Translations under genes and position numbers: made by a program | Notes under the pieces: generated by a model | Databases searched by the model: none | What the model saw: the letters and a program-made list of their open reading frames with translations, nothing else | What the model was told of the DNA's origin: nothing | DNA from: an uncultured Phycisphaerales bacterium | GTDB lineage: Bacteria > Planctomycetota > Phycisphaerae > Tepidisphaerales > Tepidisphaeraceae | Assembly: GCA_963758525.1 (NCBI GenBank) | Contig: CAVWVQ010000003.1 | Coordinates: 3,168,001 to 3,232,000, forward strand | Direction of reading: 5' to 3' | DNA length: 64,000 bases | Shown: positions 42,952 to 52,255 of the stretch, one piece after another | Numbering within the stretch: the first letter of the stretch is position 1 | How the letters are laid out: the number at the start of each line of letters is the position of its first letter

Positions 42952-43170
42952 AGGCACGAAGGCACGGAGGCACGGAGGCATGGAGGGTGAGGAAGCGGAA
43001 AGCGAGGGGGTTGTGCTCTACTCTCTACTTTTCTACCAAGTACGCTCTCGCGCCAGCGCGGGAGTTGGGGATTGCAAATTGCAAATTGCAAATTGCAAAA
43101 CGGGGGAAAAAAGGCGTTGGGACGCCACTCTTTAGTTTGCAATTTCAATTTGCAATCCTCAATTTGCAAT
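42952..43170. repeat. Composite repeat spacer: GGCACG(A/G)A octamers, CTCTCTA-type heptamers and inverted AAATTGC arrays
   Basis: Blocks at 42952-42985, 43016-43037, 43071-43100 and 43131-43170. Confidence 0.8.
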
Positions 43171-43315
43171 CTCTCGCGTAGAAGTTCGGCTGCGCAAGAC
43201 TCGTTCAGTCGCTCGCTCAATGACCTTGCGCAAGCATGCGCATCCCAAGTCGTTTAGCGGCTGCCCGGAGGGCAGCGAAGTCCATAGCACATGCGCGTAC
43301 CCGCGCACATTCCTT

Positions 43316-44590
43316 TTAGGATACCGCGGCTGATGCCGGAACGTCGAGCGGGATCGGCGCCGGGAGGGGCACCAGGGTCTCCAGGGCGTTGAAGACTTCC
43401 TTGACCTCGGGGCGGAAAACGTCGCCGACGAGAAGCTCGGTGATGTTGTGCCGGTATTGCGGGAAGGCGCGAACGAACTTCCCAAAAGAAAAGCCCCTGG
43501 TGTAATAGGCGTAGACGATGTTGCGAATCGCCTGCATCCCTTCGCACAGCTCGGGACCCCATTTGCCAAGCTGCTCGGCGGAGCAATCGTTTTTGACCAG
43601 GGCTTCGTGAATCGCGTCGGCGGCCATTTGCCCGCTCTTGAGCGCCAGGAAAACGCCGGACGAATAGATCGGGTCGAGAAATCCAAAAGCATCGCCGACC
43701 AGGACCCAGCCGTCGCCGGCGCACCTTGAGGCACGGTAAGAGAAGTCGGAGAGGACGCGCACTTCGGAGACGCGGACGGCATTGGCCATGCGGTCATCGA
43801 GGCCTCGGCAGTTGCGGATTTCCTCTTCGAGCACCTGCTCGGGCGTGCCGCGTCCCTGCAGACTTTCGGGCTCGGCGACAACGCCGATGCTGACGATGTC
43901 ATCCGGCAGCGGGATATACCAGAACCAGCCGTCCTGATTTGGCGTCGCCAGAACGAGCGTTGCGCCTTCGTTTTTTCCCTGATCGCGTCGCGCACCGCGA
44001 TAGTGCGCGAAGATCGAGGCCTTGCGCAGCATGGGATCGCGTTTGCGGATGTTGAGCTTTCGGGAAAGCAGGGCGTTGGTTCCCGTCGCGTCGATGACCA
44101 CCTTTGCGTGAATCGTGCGGGGCGCTTCGCCCGGCCTGGCGACGACTACACCGGTCGCGCGGGGAAGATCGCCGTTGTTGGATTCAAGCAGAACGTCGGT
44201 GACGTTGGCGGACGTCCAGACTTCCACGCCGTGCTCGGCGGCGTTGTCGAGCATCATTTTGTCGAACTCGCTGCGGACGATCTGCCAGGTCTGCGAACAT
44301 TCGTGCGGGACTTTTTCGTCGAAATAGAACGGCTGCGAATCCTTTCCGGCGGGGTTGGTGAACTGAACGCTGTATTTCTTGACGAAGCGGCTGGCCTTCA
44401 TTTTCGGAAGCATGCCCAGGCGTTTGAAGACCCAGTAGGTTTCCGGCATGAGCGATTCGCCGATGTGAAACCGCGGGAATTGCGAGCGCTCCACGACCAG
44501 AATCTTGTGCCCCTGTTGCGCCAGCAGCGTGGCGGCGGTCGACCCCGAAGGTCCTCCGCCGACGACCACGCAGTCATATGAATCACTCAT
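43316..44590 (-). CDS. Flavin-dependent halogenase-family oxidoreductase
   Basis: GGGPSG, FHIGESL, FVKK (candidate catalytic Lys), WFWYIP (WxWxIP) and FLDPIYSSG motifs. Confidence 0.85.
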   Translation of the reverse strand: MSDSYDCVVVGGGPSGSTAATLLAQQGHKILVVERSQFPRFHIGESLMPETYWVFKRLGMLPKMKASRFVKKYSVQFTNPAGKDSQPFYFDEKVPHECSQTWQIVRSEFDKMMLDNAAEHGVEVWTSANVTDVLLESNNGDLPRATGVVVARPGEAPRTIHAKVVIDATGTNALLSRKLNIRKRDPMLRKASIFAHYRGARRDQGKNEGATLVLATPNQDGWFWYIPLPDDIVSIGVVAEPESLQGRGTPEQVLEEEIRNCRGLDDRMANAVRVSEVRVLSDFSYRASRCAGDGWVLVGDAFGFLDPIYSSGVFLALKSGQMAADAIHEALVKNDCSAEQLGKWGPELCEGMQAIRNIVYAYYTRGFSFGKFVRAFPQYRHNITELLVGDVFRPEVKEVFNALETLVPLPAPIPLDVPASAAVS

Positions 44591-44615
44591 GCGAAAGGTC
44601 CTCTGTGGGGCAGCC

Positions 44616-45188
44616 TTACCTGCAGTTTACGACGATCTCCAGCAGCTCAATTGCCGGCTCGTCGTCGCAATAGATCGTCCCGATCCGGCCATAAACAGGC
44701 TCGGCGTTGTCGGGCGCGTCAAACATTTTGAGAATATCGCTGTGCGGCGGCAGCCGCAGGAAGTATCGCGGCTTCACCCGTCGATGCACGTTGTGTCGAA
44801 TCAGGATCGCGCCCAATGGGGTTTGTTTGGCGAGAATCTCATCGCGCACATCGGGGGCAATGTGCCGGAAATCGAGCCGGCAGATGCCCCACTCCACGAC
44901 CGGGCCGTCGGGCGTTGGCGAGAGCGCGATCTTGCGGGTGTAGAGATCGCCTTCGTGATGTTCTTCAAAGACCTTCACGGCCACGGGCGCACCGTGATGC
45001 TTTTCGAGCATCACGGTCATGTGTTCGTGATGCACCAGCAGAGCATCCTGCGGATGCGGGATTGCATCAGGGTGCACGAGCGTGAACAGTTGGGCCACCC
45101 ACTCCGGCGCGAATGGGCGGAAGAGGTCTTCGAGTGCGCTGGCCGCGCCGGACTCCTGAGCCTCGGATTGGCGGATGTTGGCGGTCAT
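44616..45188 (-). CDS. Chorismate pyruvate-lyase (UbiC/UTRA-fold)-like protein
   Basis: LL..HMT..LE, R.I.L, PLGAIL, YGR..I and ELLE pattern at 190 aa. Confidence 0.6.
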   Translation of the reverse strand: MTANIRQSEAQESGAASALEDLFRPFAPEWVAQLFTLVHPDAIPHPQDALLVHHEHMTVMLEKHHGAPVAVKVFEEHHEGDLYTRKIALSPTPDGPVVEWGICRLDFRHIAPDVRDEILAKQTPLGAILIRHNVHRRVKPRYFLRLPPHSDILKMFDAPDNAEPVYGRIGTIYCDDEPAIELLEIVVNCR

Positions 45189-45194
45189 CGCGGC

Positions 45195-46553
45195 CTACGT
45201 GTAGCGAATGTTGCGGAACTGCGGCTCAAAGAACCGCGGCAGCAGCGAATCAACCCGCAGCAGGCCGTCATTGGTCAGCCGAACCAGCGGTGCTTCAACG
45301 CTTGCAAAGCCCTCGGCTTCAAGCGATGTGAACGCATCCCCGAACTCGCTGAGGATGTCGGCGCCGAATTTCTCGCGGAAGTACCCGGCGTCAATCTTGC
45401 CGGTCTTGAGCTGAAGAATCATTTCCCGGATGAGCAACTGATGCGGCGCCACCTTGAACGCACGATTGATTGGCAGCTCGCCAAGGTTGAGCCGCTCGAT
45501 GTATTGCTCCCAGGTGTCGAGATTCTGATAGTGAACGCCCTGGAAATGTCCAAACGAAGCAACGCCGGTGCCGACCAGATCCGCTCCGCGCCACAGCGAG
45601 TCGCGATAGACGAACCCGGCATGGCGCTGGGGCTTCACCAGCGTGTAGCCGCTGGAAACGACGTACCCGGCGGCAGCAAATTCCTTGAAGGCATAGTCCA
45701 CCCACGCCCGCTTGGTGGCCCAGCCGGCGACCGGAGCGTCGTGGCCGGAGGATTTTGCTTCACGCGCGATGGTGGTGTTGAACGGCACCTCCATCTGATA
45801 GATGGTGACCGAATCCGCGTCCATGGCGATGGCCTTGGCGACGGTCTGCTTCCACTTGTCGTCGGTCTCCCCGAGCATGCCGGCAATCAAGTCGATATTA
45901 ATCTGCGCGAAGCCGATCTCGCGCGCCCAGGCGTACGCCCGGCCGATTTCCGCGGAGCGATGGGCGCGGCCGTTGATCCCGAGCACCTCGTCGTCAAAAC
46001 TTTCAATGCCAAGACTCAGGCGGGTGACGCCGATCTTTTTGATCACTTCCAGTTTTGACTGCTTGAGCGTTCCGGGCTCGCACTCGAACGTGACCTCGCG
46101 AGCGGCTTCCCACGTCCAGTTTTCATTGATGCGATCGACCAACCGTTCGAGCTGGGCATTGCTCAGATAGGACGGGGTCCCGCCGCCGAAATAGACGAAC
46201 TCAAATTGACGATTGCCGAAACCCTCGCGCCCCGCATACAGGGAGATTTCACGCGACAACGCTTCGAGATACGTCTCAATTTCGTCGGCGTTCTTATCCG
46301 TGTAAACGCGAAAATAACAAAACTTGCATCGCTTGCGGCAAAATGGGATATGCAGATAGAGCCCCAGCGGCGTCTTGGGCTTGGGAGGCGAATTCAGTGC
46401 CGCCTCAATGGCATCGCGATATTCCGGCGACCAGACCGAGAACGGCGGATAGTTGGCAACAAAGTAGCTGCCAATCTCAGTCTGCTTTTTCTCCGGGACT
46501 GTTTCAAGTTCCATGATGACTGATCTTTTCGGGCGGCCAGCCCCTCGAACCAT
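45195..46553 (-). CDS. HemN-like radical SAM enzyme
   Basis: YLHIPFCRKRCKFCYF, YFGGGTPS, NIDLIAG and a HemN-type C-terminus. Alternative start at 46514. Confidence 0.92.
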   Translation of the reverse strand: MVRGAGRPKRSVIMELETVPEKKQTEIGSYFVANYPPFSVWSPEYRDAIEAALNSPPKPKTPLGLYLHIPFCRKRCKFCYFRVYTDKNADEIETYLEALSREISLYAGREGFGNRQFEFVYFGGGTPSYLSNAQLERLVDRINENWTWEAAREVTFECEPGTLKQSKLEVIKKIGVTRLSLGIESFDDEVLGINGRAHRSAEIGRAYAWAREIGFAQINIDLIAGMLGETDDKWKQTVAKAIAMDADSVTIYQMEVPFNTTIAREAKSSGHDAPVAGWATKRAWVDYAFKEFAAAGYVVSSGYTLVKPQRHAGFVYRDSLWRGADLVGTGVASFGHFQGVHYQNLDTWEQYIERLNLGELPINRAFKVAPHQLLIREMILQLKTGKIDAGYFREKFGADILSEFGDAFTSLEAEGFASVEAPLVRLTNDGLLRVDSLLPRFFEPQFRNIRYT

Positions 46554-46727
46554 TACCGCATTATAGCGGCGTCGTTGCGGGCGGTGCGCAGAAAATCACT
46601 TGGGAAGGCAGCAAGGCACAAAGGCGCCAGGGCGTGAAGGGAAGTACGGTAAAAAATGCTGGCGAAAGGGGCTGCGGCAACGGTTGAAAGTTTCAGCCTG
46701 ACTCCTGAACCCTGGGGCAATGAACCC

Positions 46728-46985
46728 TCATGAGACAGGAATTACGCGCGTCACTTCGGGGATCTGCTGTCGCAGATTGGCTTCAATGCCATGCTGGAGC
46801 GTGAGGTTGCTGCTGGGACAGCCGATGCACGCGCCGAGAAAGCGAATGCTCACAACCCCGTCGGGGGCGACGTCGACCAACTCGACATCGCCGCCGTCGG
46901 CCAGTACTGCCGGTCGAATCAATTCCAGCACGTCTGCCACACGTTTGCGAAGCTCCGCCGGGCTGTCTTTGGTCGCTGCGGTCAT
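46728..46985 (-). CDS. NifU C-terminal (Nfu) Fe-S carrier
   Basis: IRPAVLADGGDVELV..GACIGCPSS..TL..GIE motif. Confidence 0.93.
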   Translation of the reverse strand: MTAATKDSPAELRKRVADVLELIRPAVLADGGDVELVDVAPDGVVSIRFLGACIGCPSSNLTLQHGIEANLRQQIPEVTRVIPVS

Positions 46986-47019
46986 CCTGAGGAATTATAG
47001 CATGGGGAAGGATCAGCAG

Positions 47020-47224
47020 GAAGGCACAGTGGGGGAAGGCACCGCAGGGAAGGCACCGCAGGGAAGGCACGAAGGCACGGAGGCACGAAGGCACGAAGGG
47101 GAGGAAAGCGGCAGATAGTCACTAAGCGGTGGGCAGCGATTACGGGTTGGCGAGTGCGCGAGGATCTCGGGCATCTCCCTGCCTTCCCCTTCGTGCCTTC
47201 GTGCCTCTGTGCCTTCGTGCCTTC
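47020..47224. repeat. Inverted GGCACGAA/GGCACGGA octamer arrays
   Basis: Direct array at 47020-47100, reverse array at 47187-47224. Confidence 0.85.
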
Positions 47225-48614
47225 CTACTCCGACGTCACGTCAATGCACAGAATATACAGCTTGTTATTGTTCGAAATCGCGGAAGCAGGTGGAGATGGT
47301 TCGGCAGAGATTTCCCGATGCCAGGGAAACGTACGGGTCGGTGGTGTATTTCTGCAGTTCAACGTCCAGCAGCACGTAGTAAAACTCCTTCAGCGAATGA
47401 TCCGCCCCTTTCATGGCAGGGCGGAACATGAGGCGGTGCCCGCTGCCGGACATGTCGAAGTTGCAGATGCTTGCCGACACCTGATGCCCCGATTCGTCGA
47501 GAACATACAGACATTCGACGGTGGGATGATCGCTGATGAGGCGAGTGAGAATATCGTCAAACTCCCGAACGTCGGCCTTTCCGAGCTCGCACAGAAGGGT
47601 GTTCAGGATGATCGCGTAACGCCGATGCTGAAGCTTGCGCTGGTTGATCTTCGCGACCATGTGCAGCTTGTAACGTTGGGCCAGTGAGTTGACGGCGGAG
47701 CCGTCGAGCGTTCGGGCGATGGTTTCGGCTGGTTGCGGACGAGCGAGATAGAACCCCTGCAACAGATCTGCGCCCAGCTCCATCGCGGTGAGCGTTTCCC
47801 CTTCGGTTTCTACTCCCTCGGCAACCACCAGCGCGCCGATTCGTCTGGCCAGATGCGCCAGCGACTTGACCGTCTCCTGCTTGTGGTAGTCGCTGTCGAG
47901 ATGACGAATCAGCGAGCGGTCGATCTTCAGAACATCGGGGCGAATGATCGGAATCCGATCCAAATTGGAATGGCCCGCACCGACGTCATCCAGCACCAGA
48001 AGAAAGCCACATTCGTGCAGGCTCTGGGCCAGGTGTTTGAGGCGGTCGAGATCTTCAAACTGAGATTCGAGAATTTCGATCGCGACTCCGCGGGGATCGA
48101 GCCCGACGCGGCGCACTTTTTCCATCAGCGCCGCGGCGGCTGGTTCGATGTTGCGTTCGACCGAGGCGTCAAAGTTGAGGAACAGCAGGCCGCTGCCTCC
48201 GTCGCTGGTCGCTTCGGGTTTCACGCTCGCGGAGTTGGCGTCAAAGTTCAGGAAGAGGATCAGGTTTTCCCGGGCTGCCGCCGTCGCATCGCTTTCGCGA
48301 ACGCGCGGGTCGGAAACGGTCTGTCCCCTCAGCTCGGCAAAAGTGCGCAACGCCGTGTCGCGGCACAGTTCCTCCATGTCGACATTCAGCCGCTCTTCGC
48401 TGGCCATTTGAAACAACTGAGCTGGGGAGACGAGTTGCGAAGTGAGCGGGTTGAGCCCGCGCAACAGCGCTTCGACGCCGATGACGGATTTTTGCTTGGC
48501 CGAGTAGATGGGCTGAAAGTGGGTGACGACGGCGCCGGCGTCGAGAATTTCCCTGGCGGTGGGAGTCGGACATGTTGAAAGTGTTGTCTGCGCCTGCACT
48601 GCCACTCCATCCAT
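47225..48614 (-). CDS. EAL phosphodiesterase with a C-terminal Cache/PAS-like domain (YkuI-like; apparent frameshift near 47275)
   Basis: EALLR, FLN, EILES, LDDVGAG, KIDRS, AEGVET and QGFY motifs. The alternative frame ends KLYILCIDVTSE* at 47225. Confidence 0.9.
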
Positions 48615-48829
48615 GAACCACCGAGAATTGCCCCCGGCGGAACTCGTTCAGCAATCTTTCGACATATCGGGCGGATGCCCCGGAAAATTCAGCCGTCACT
48701 GCACAATGTAGCCCATTTGAGCAAAGTTGCTGTTTTTGCAACACTTTCGCTTGGTCGCGCCCGCTAGAAGGTGGGCAGTTCCGTGGAAACTGCCTGACGT
48801 GCGATAGTGCTGGGGTCATTTGCCTCCTT

Positions 48830-48886
48830 TTGTGGTGCAGGCTTCCAGCCAGCCGCTGGAGAGCAGGTTGGACGGCTGCACCACAA
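48830..48886. repeat. GTGG-REP-like inverted pair
   Basis: TTGTGGTGCAG..CTGCACCACAA. A related half-copy lies at 13072-13095. Confidence 0.7.
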
Positions 48887-49057
48887 CGGCCGCTGCTCCA
48901 ATTTGAAAACTCTCTTCGGTGGGGCAGTTGGCCAACCTTGACGGATCGCGGTCGACTCGTAGCATCGCCGATCGCTGGCCCTCATCGTGCGATGCGGGGC
49001 GAGCGGTTGAAAGACGCAAAGTGCAATGGCCGGGGTTGCTGCTGGAGGTTCTCGATC

Positions 49058-50242
49058 ATGGCGAAAAAGACTGTGGCAGACGTGGATGTGCGTGGAAAGC
49101 GCGTGTTGATGCGGGTTGATTTCAACGTTCCGCTCGACGGTGGAAAAATTACCGACGACCGCCGGATCGTGCAGGCTCTGCCGACGATCAAAAGCGTGCT
49201 GGACCGCGGCGGCAGACTGGTGCTGATGTCGCACCTGGGCCGGCCAAAGGGAGGCCCCGAGCCGAAGTACTCGTTGAAGCCCGCGGCTGAACGCCTCGCG
49301 AAGCTGCTGAATATCCCAGTCGCCTGCGCCGACGACTGCGTCGGACCCGTGGTTGAGAAGGCGGTTGCCGAGCTGAAGGATGGCCAGGTGCTGCTGCTGG
49401 AAAATCTCCGCTTCCACAAGGGGGAGGAGAAGAACGATCCGAATTTTGCTAAGCAACTGGCAAAGCATGGCGACGTTTACGTGAATGATGCGTTCGGCAC
49501 CGCGCACCGGGAGCACGCCAGCACCTTCGGCGCGCCGCAGGCGCTGGCGGGTCAGCCTCGTGTGATCGGCACGCTGATTCAGAAGGAGTTGAAATTTCTC
49601 GGCGACGCGGTTTCCGAACCGCGCCGTCCGTTCATCGCGATCCTCGGCGGCGCGAAAGTCTCCGACAAAATCGCCGTCATCGAGCAGCTTCTCGACAAGG
49701 CCGACGAGCTTCTGATCGGCGGCGCAATGGCTTACACTTTCTTCCTGGCCCAGGGAAAAGGCGTCGGCAAGAGCCTGGTCGAACGCGACAAGGTCGATCT
49801 CGCCAAGCAGCTTTTAGCCAAAGCCGGGGGCAAGATTCGTCTGCCGATCGATACCGTGGTTTCCAATGAGATGACGGACACCGCCAAGACGCAGATTGTG
49901 GAAGGCGACATTCCGGCCGATCTGGAAGGCTTCGACATCGGCCCCAAGACTGCGGCCGCGTATGTCGCGGCGATCGCGGGCGCCAAGACGATCATCTGGA
50001 ACGGCCCGATGGGCGTGTTTGAGAAAAAGCCGTTTGCCGCCGGCACGCTCGCCGTGGCCAAAGCCGTCGCCGAGGCGACTGAAAAGAATGGCGCAACGAC
50101 GATCATCGGCGGCGGCGACAGTGCCGCCGCCATCGAGCAAATGGGGCTTGCCGAGAAGGTCAGCCACGTCAGCACCGGCGGCGGAGCGTCATTGGAGTTT
50201 CTGGAGACCGGGCATTTCGCGACGTTGGATATACTTGACTGA
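49058..50242 (+). CDS. pgk: Phosphoglycerate kinase
   Basis: RVDFNVP, SHLGRP, LENLRF, NDAFGTAHR, WNGPMGVFE and STGGGASLE motifs. Confidence 0.99.
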   Translation: MAKKTVADVDVRGKRVLMRVDFNVPLDGGKITDDRRIVQALPTIKSVLDRGGRLVLMSHLGRPKGGPEPKYSLKPAAERLAKLLNIPVACADDCVGPVVEKAVAELKDGQVLLLENLRFHKGEEKNDPNFAKQLAKHGDVYVNDAFGTAHREHASTFGAPQALAGQPRVIGTLIQKELKFLGDAVSEPRRPFIAILGGAKVSDKIAVIEQLLDKADELLIGGAMAYTFFLAQGKGVGKSLVERDKVDLAKQLLAKAGGKIRLPIDTVVSNEMTDTAKTQIVEGDIPADLEGFDIGPKTAAAYVAAIAGAKTIIWNGPMGVFEKKPFAAGTLAVAKAVAEATEKNGATTIIGGGDSAAAIEQMGLAEKVSHVSTGGGASLEFLETGHFATLDILD

Positions 50243-50250
50243 CGGCGCAA

Positions 50251-50448
50251 AAACCCGAATGACGAAACCCGAAACCAGAAAGAAGCCCGAATGACGAATG
50301 ACCGAAGCCCGAAACGGGAGCCAACCGCACCATTCTTCGCCCGCGGACGAGCCGTCTCACGGCGAATTAATTCGTCATTTGATCATTGGTCATTCTGATT
50401 TGATTATTTGATTCTGGTTTCTGGTTTCGGGTTTCGTCATTCGGATTT
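50251..50448. repeat. Heptamer-TIR element, copy 3
   Basis: 50251-50280 is identical to the first 30 bp of copies 1 and 2. Right arm 50419-50448 matches at 29/30. Confidence 0.85.
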
Positions 50449-50465
50449 CCGAAAGAGACTCCAAA

Positions 50466-51137
50466 ATGTCGGTAGATCCCTTCACCGCGACCCGTCCCCT
50501 GATCGCTCCGTCGATCCTGTCGGCGAATTTCGCGAAGCTTGGCGCGGAGATGCAGGAAGTGCTCGATGGCGGTGCGGACTTTTTTCACCTGGACGTGATG
50601 GACGGGCATTTCGTGCCGAACATCAGCTTTGGGCCGGCCATTGTGAAGGGCGCGCGCAAGTCCACCGAAGCATATCTCGACGCCCACTTGATGATTTCCG
50701 AGCCGGTGCGGTATGCGGGGCCGATTGTGAAGGCGGGGGCTCAGAGTGTCACCTTTCACGTCGAAGCGGTGACGGATCCAGTTGCGACGGCACGCGAGCT
50801 TCGAAAAGTCGGCTGCCATGTCGGCATCACGTTGCGTCCCGCAACGCCGGTTGAAGCGATCCTGCCGGCGCTCGATCTGGTCGATATTGTCCTGGTGATG
50901 AGCGTTGTGCCCGGTTTCTCGGGGCAGCAGTTTATGCCGGAAGTGTTGCCCAAGGCGCGGGAGCTCAAGAAGCGGCTTCGGGCGGATCAGAGGCTTGAAA
51001 TGGATGGCGGTCTCAATTCGCAGACCGTCGGGTCGGCGCGCGACGTGGGTGTCGACTGGTTTGTGGTGGCAAGCGCGATCTTTGATCATCCGGACCGCGC
51101 GGCCGCGATTGCCGAGATTCGCGCCAAGATCGCGTGA
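50466..51137 (+). CDS. rpe: Ribulose-phosphate 3-epimerase
   Basis: IAPSILS, HLDVMDGHFVPN, DAHLM, MSVVPGFSGQ and MDGG motifs. Confidence 0.98.
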   Translation: MSVDPFTATRPLIAPSILSANFAKLGAEMQEVLDGGADFFHLDVMDGHFVPNISFGPAIVKGARKSTEAYLDAHLMISEPVRYAGPIVKAGAQSVTFHVEAVTDPVATARELRKVGCHVGITLRPATPVEAILPALDLVDIVLVMSVVPGFSGQQFMPEVLPKARELKKRLRADQRLEMDGGLNSQTVGSARDVGVDWFVVASAIFDHPDRAAAIAEIRAKIA

Positions 51138-51281
51138 GGCCTGGGAGGCGGTGATTGGTGATTGGAACATGACAAAGACCGCGGCTATTTTTCCGTCACG
51201 TTCCGATCACCAATCACCCCAGTCGCGACGGCCACTCGCGACGGCACGATCACTTCCCGTATAATCTGCATCCGGTGAACC

Positions 51282-52115
51282 ATGGCTGAAGCGAAAAACC
51301 AGACCGCGCAAGGGCAGGACGAAGGCATCCCCGAGGGGCTGTGGATGCGATGTCCCCAATGCGGGGACATGCTCTTCCGAAAGGTGGTGGAGGAGGCGCT
51401 GCACGTTTGCCCCGGCTGCCAGCACCACTTTCGCGTCAGCGCGAGGACGCGGATCGGCCAGCTCGTGGATGAGGGAAGCTTTGAGGAGCGATACGCGGAC
51501 CTCGAGCCGATCGATGCTCTGAAGTTCGTGGATAAGAAATCCTATCAGGACCGCCTGGACGACGAGCAGGCAAAGACCGGAAACCGCGACGCGGCAGTCT
51601 GCGGGAAGGGATTCATCAAGGGCCGCCCGTTGATGCTGGCGGTGATGGATCCGATGTTCATGATGGGATCGATGGGCAGCGTGGTCGGAGAAAAGATCAC
51701 CCGCGCAATCGAGGACGCGGTCGAGGAACGGCTGCCGATCCTGATTGTCAGTTGCTCCGGCGGCGCACGCATGCAGGAGTCAGCGCTCTCGCTGATGCAG
51801 ATGGCAAAGACCAGCGCCGCCCTCGCGCGGCTGGACGACGCGAAGGGATTGTTTATCAGTCTGCTGGCGGACCCGACCACCGGCGGCGTTACCGCCAGCT
51901 TCGCGATGCTGGGGGATTTCATTCTGGCCGAGCCCAAGGCGCTGATTGGCTTTGCCGGCCCGCGGACGATCTGGAACACCATCAAGGTCGAGCTGCCCGA
52001 CGGATTCCAGCGCAGCGAGTTTCTCGAAGAGCATGGCTTCGTGGATTTTGTCGTGCATCGCAAAGATCTGCGAAGTGAGATCGCCCGGCTCATCGATTTC
52101 TGCGGCAAGGAGTAG
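51282..52115 (+). CDS. accD: Acetyl-CoA carboxylase carboxyltransferase beta subunit
   Basis: C4 zinc finger, [18 protein letters not shown] and PTTGGVTAS motifs. Confidence 0.98.
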   Translation: MAEAKNQTAQGQDEGIPEGLWMRCPQCGDMLFRKVVEEALHVCPGCQHHFRVSARTRIGQLVDEGSFEERYADLEPIDALKFVDKKSYQDRLDDEQAKTGNRDAAVCGKGFIKGRPLMLAVMDPMFMMGSMGSVVGEKITRAIEDAVEERLPILIVSCSGGARMQESALSLMQMAKTSAALARLDDAKGLFISLLADPTTGGVTASFAMLGDFILAEPKALIGFAGPRTIWNTIKVELPDGFQRSEFLEEHGFVDFVVHRKDLRSEIARLIDFCGKE

Positions 52116-52124
52116 GGGGAATAG

Positions 52125-52252
52125 GGAAGGCACGAAGGCACGAAGGGAAAGGAAAAGGCCAGATGGGACCTTCAGCCTCTGCCCTCTGCACAACTCTCTG
52201 TTTTTACTTCCTTACCCTCCGTGCCTTCGTGCCTCAGTGCCTCCGTGCCTTC
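52125..52252. repeat. Inverted GGCACGAA octamer arrays
   Basis: Direct array at 52125-52147, reverse array at 52215-52252. Confidence 0.8.
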
Positions 52253-52255
52253 TTC

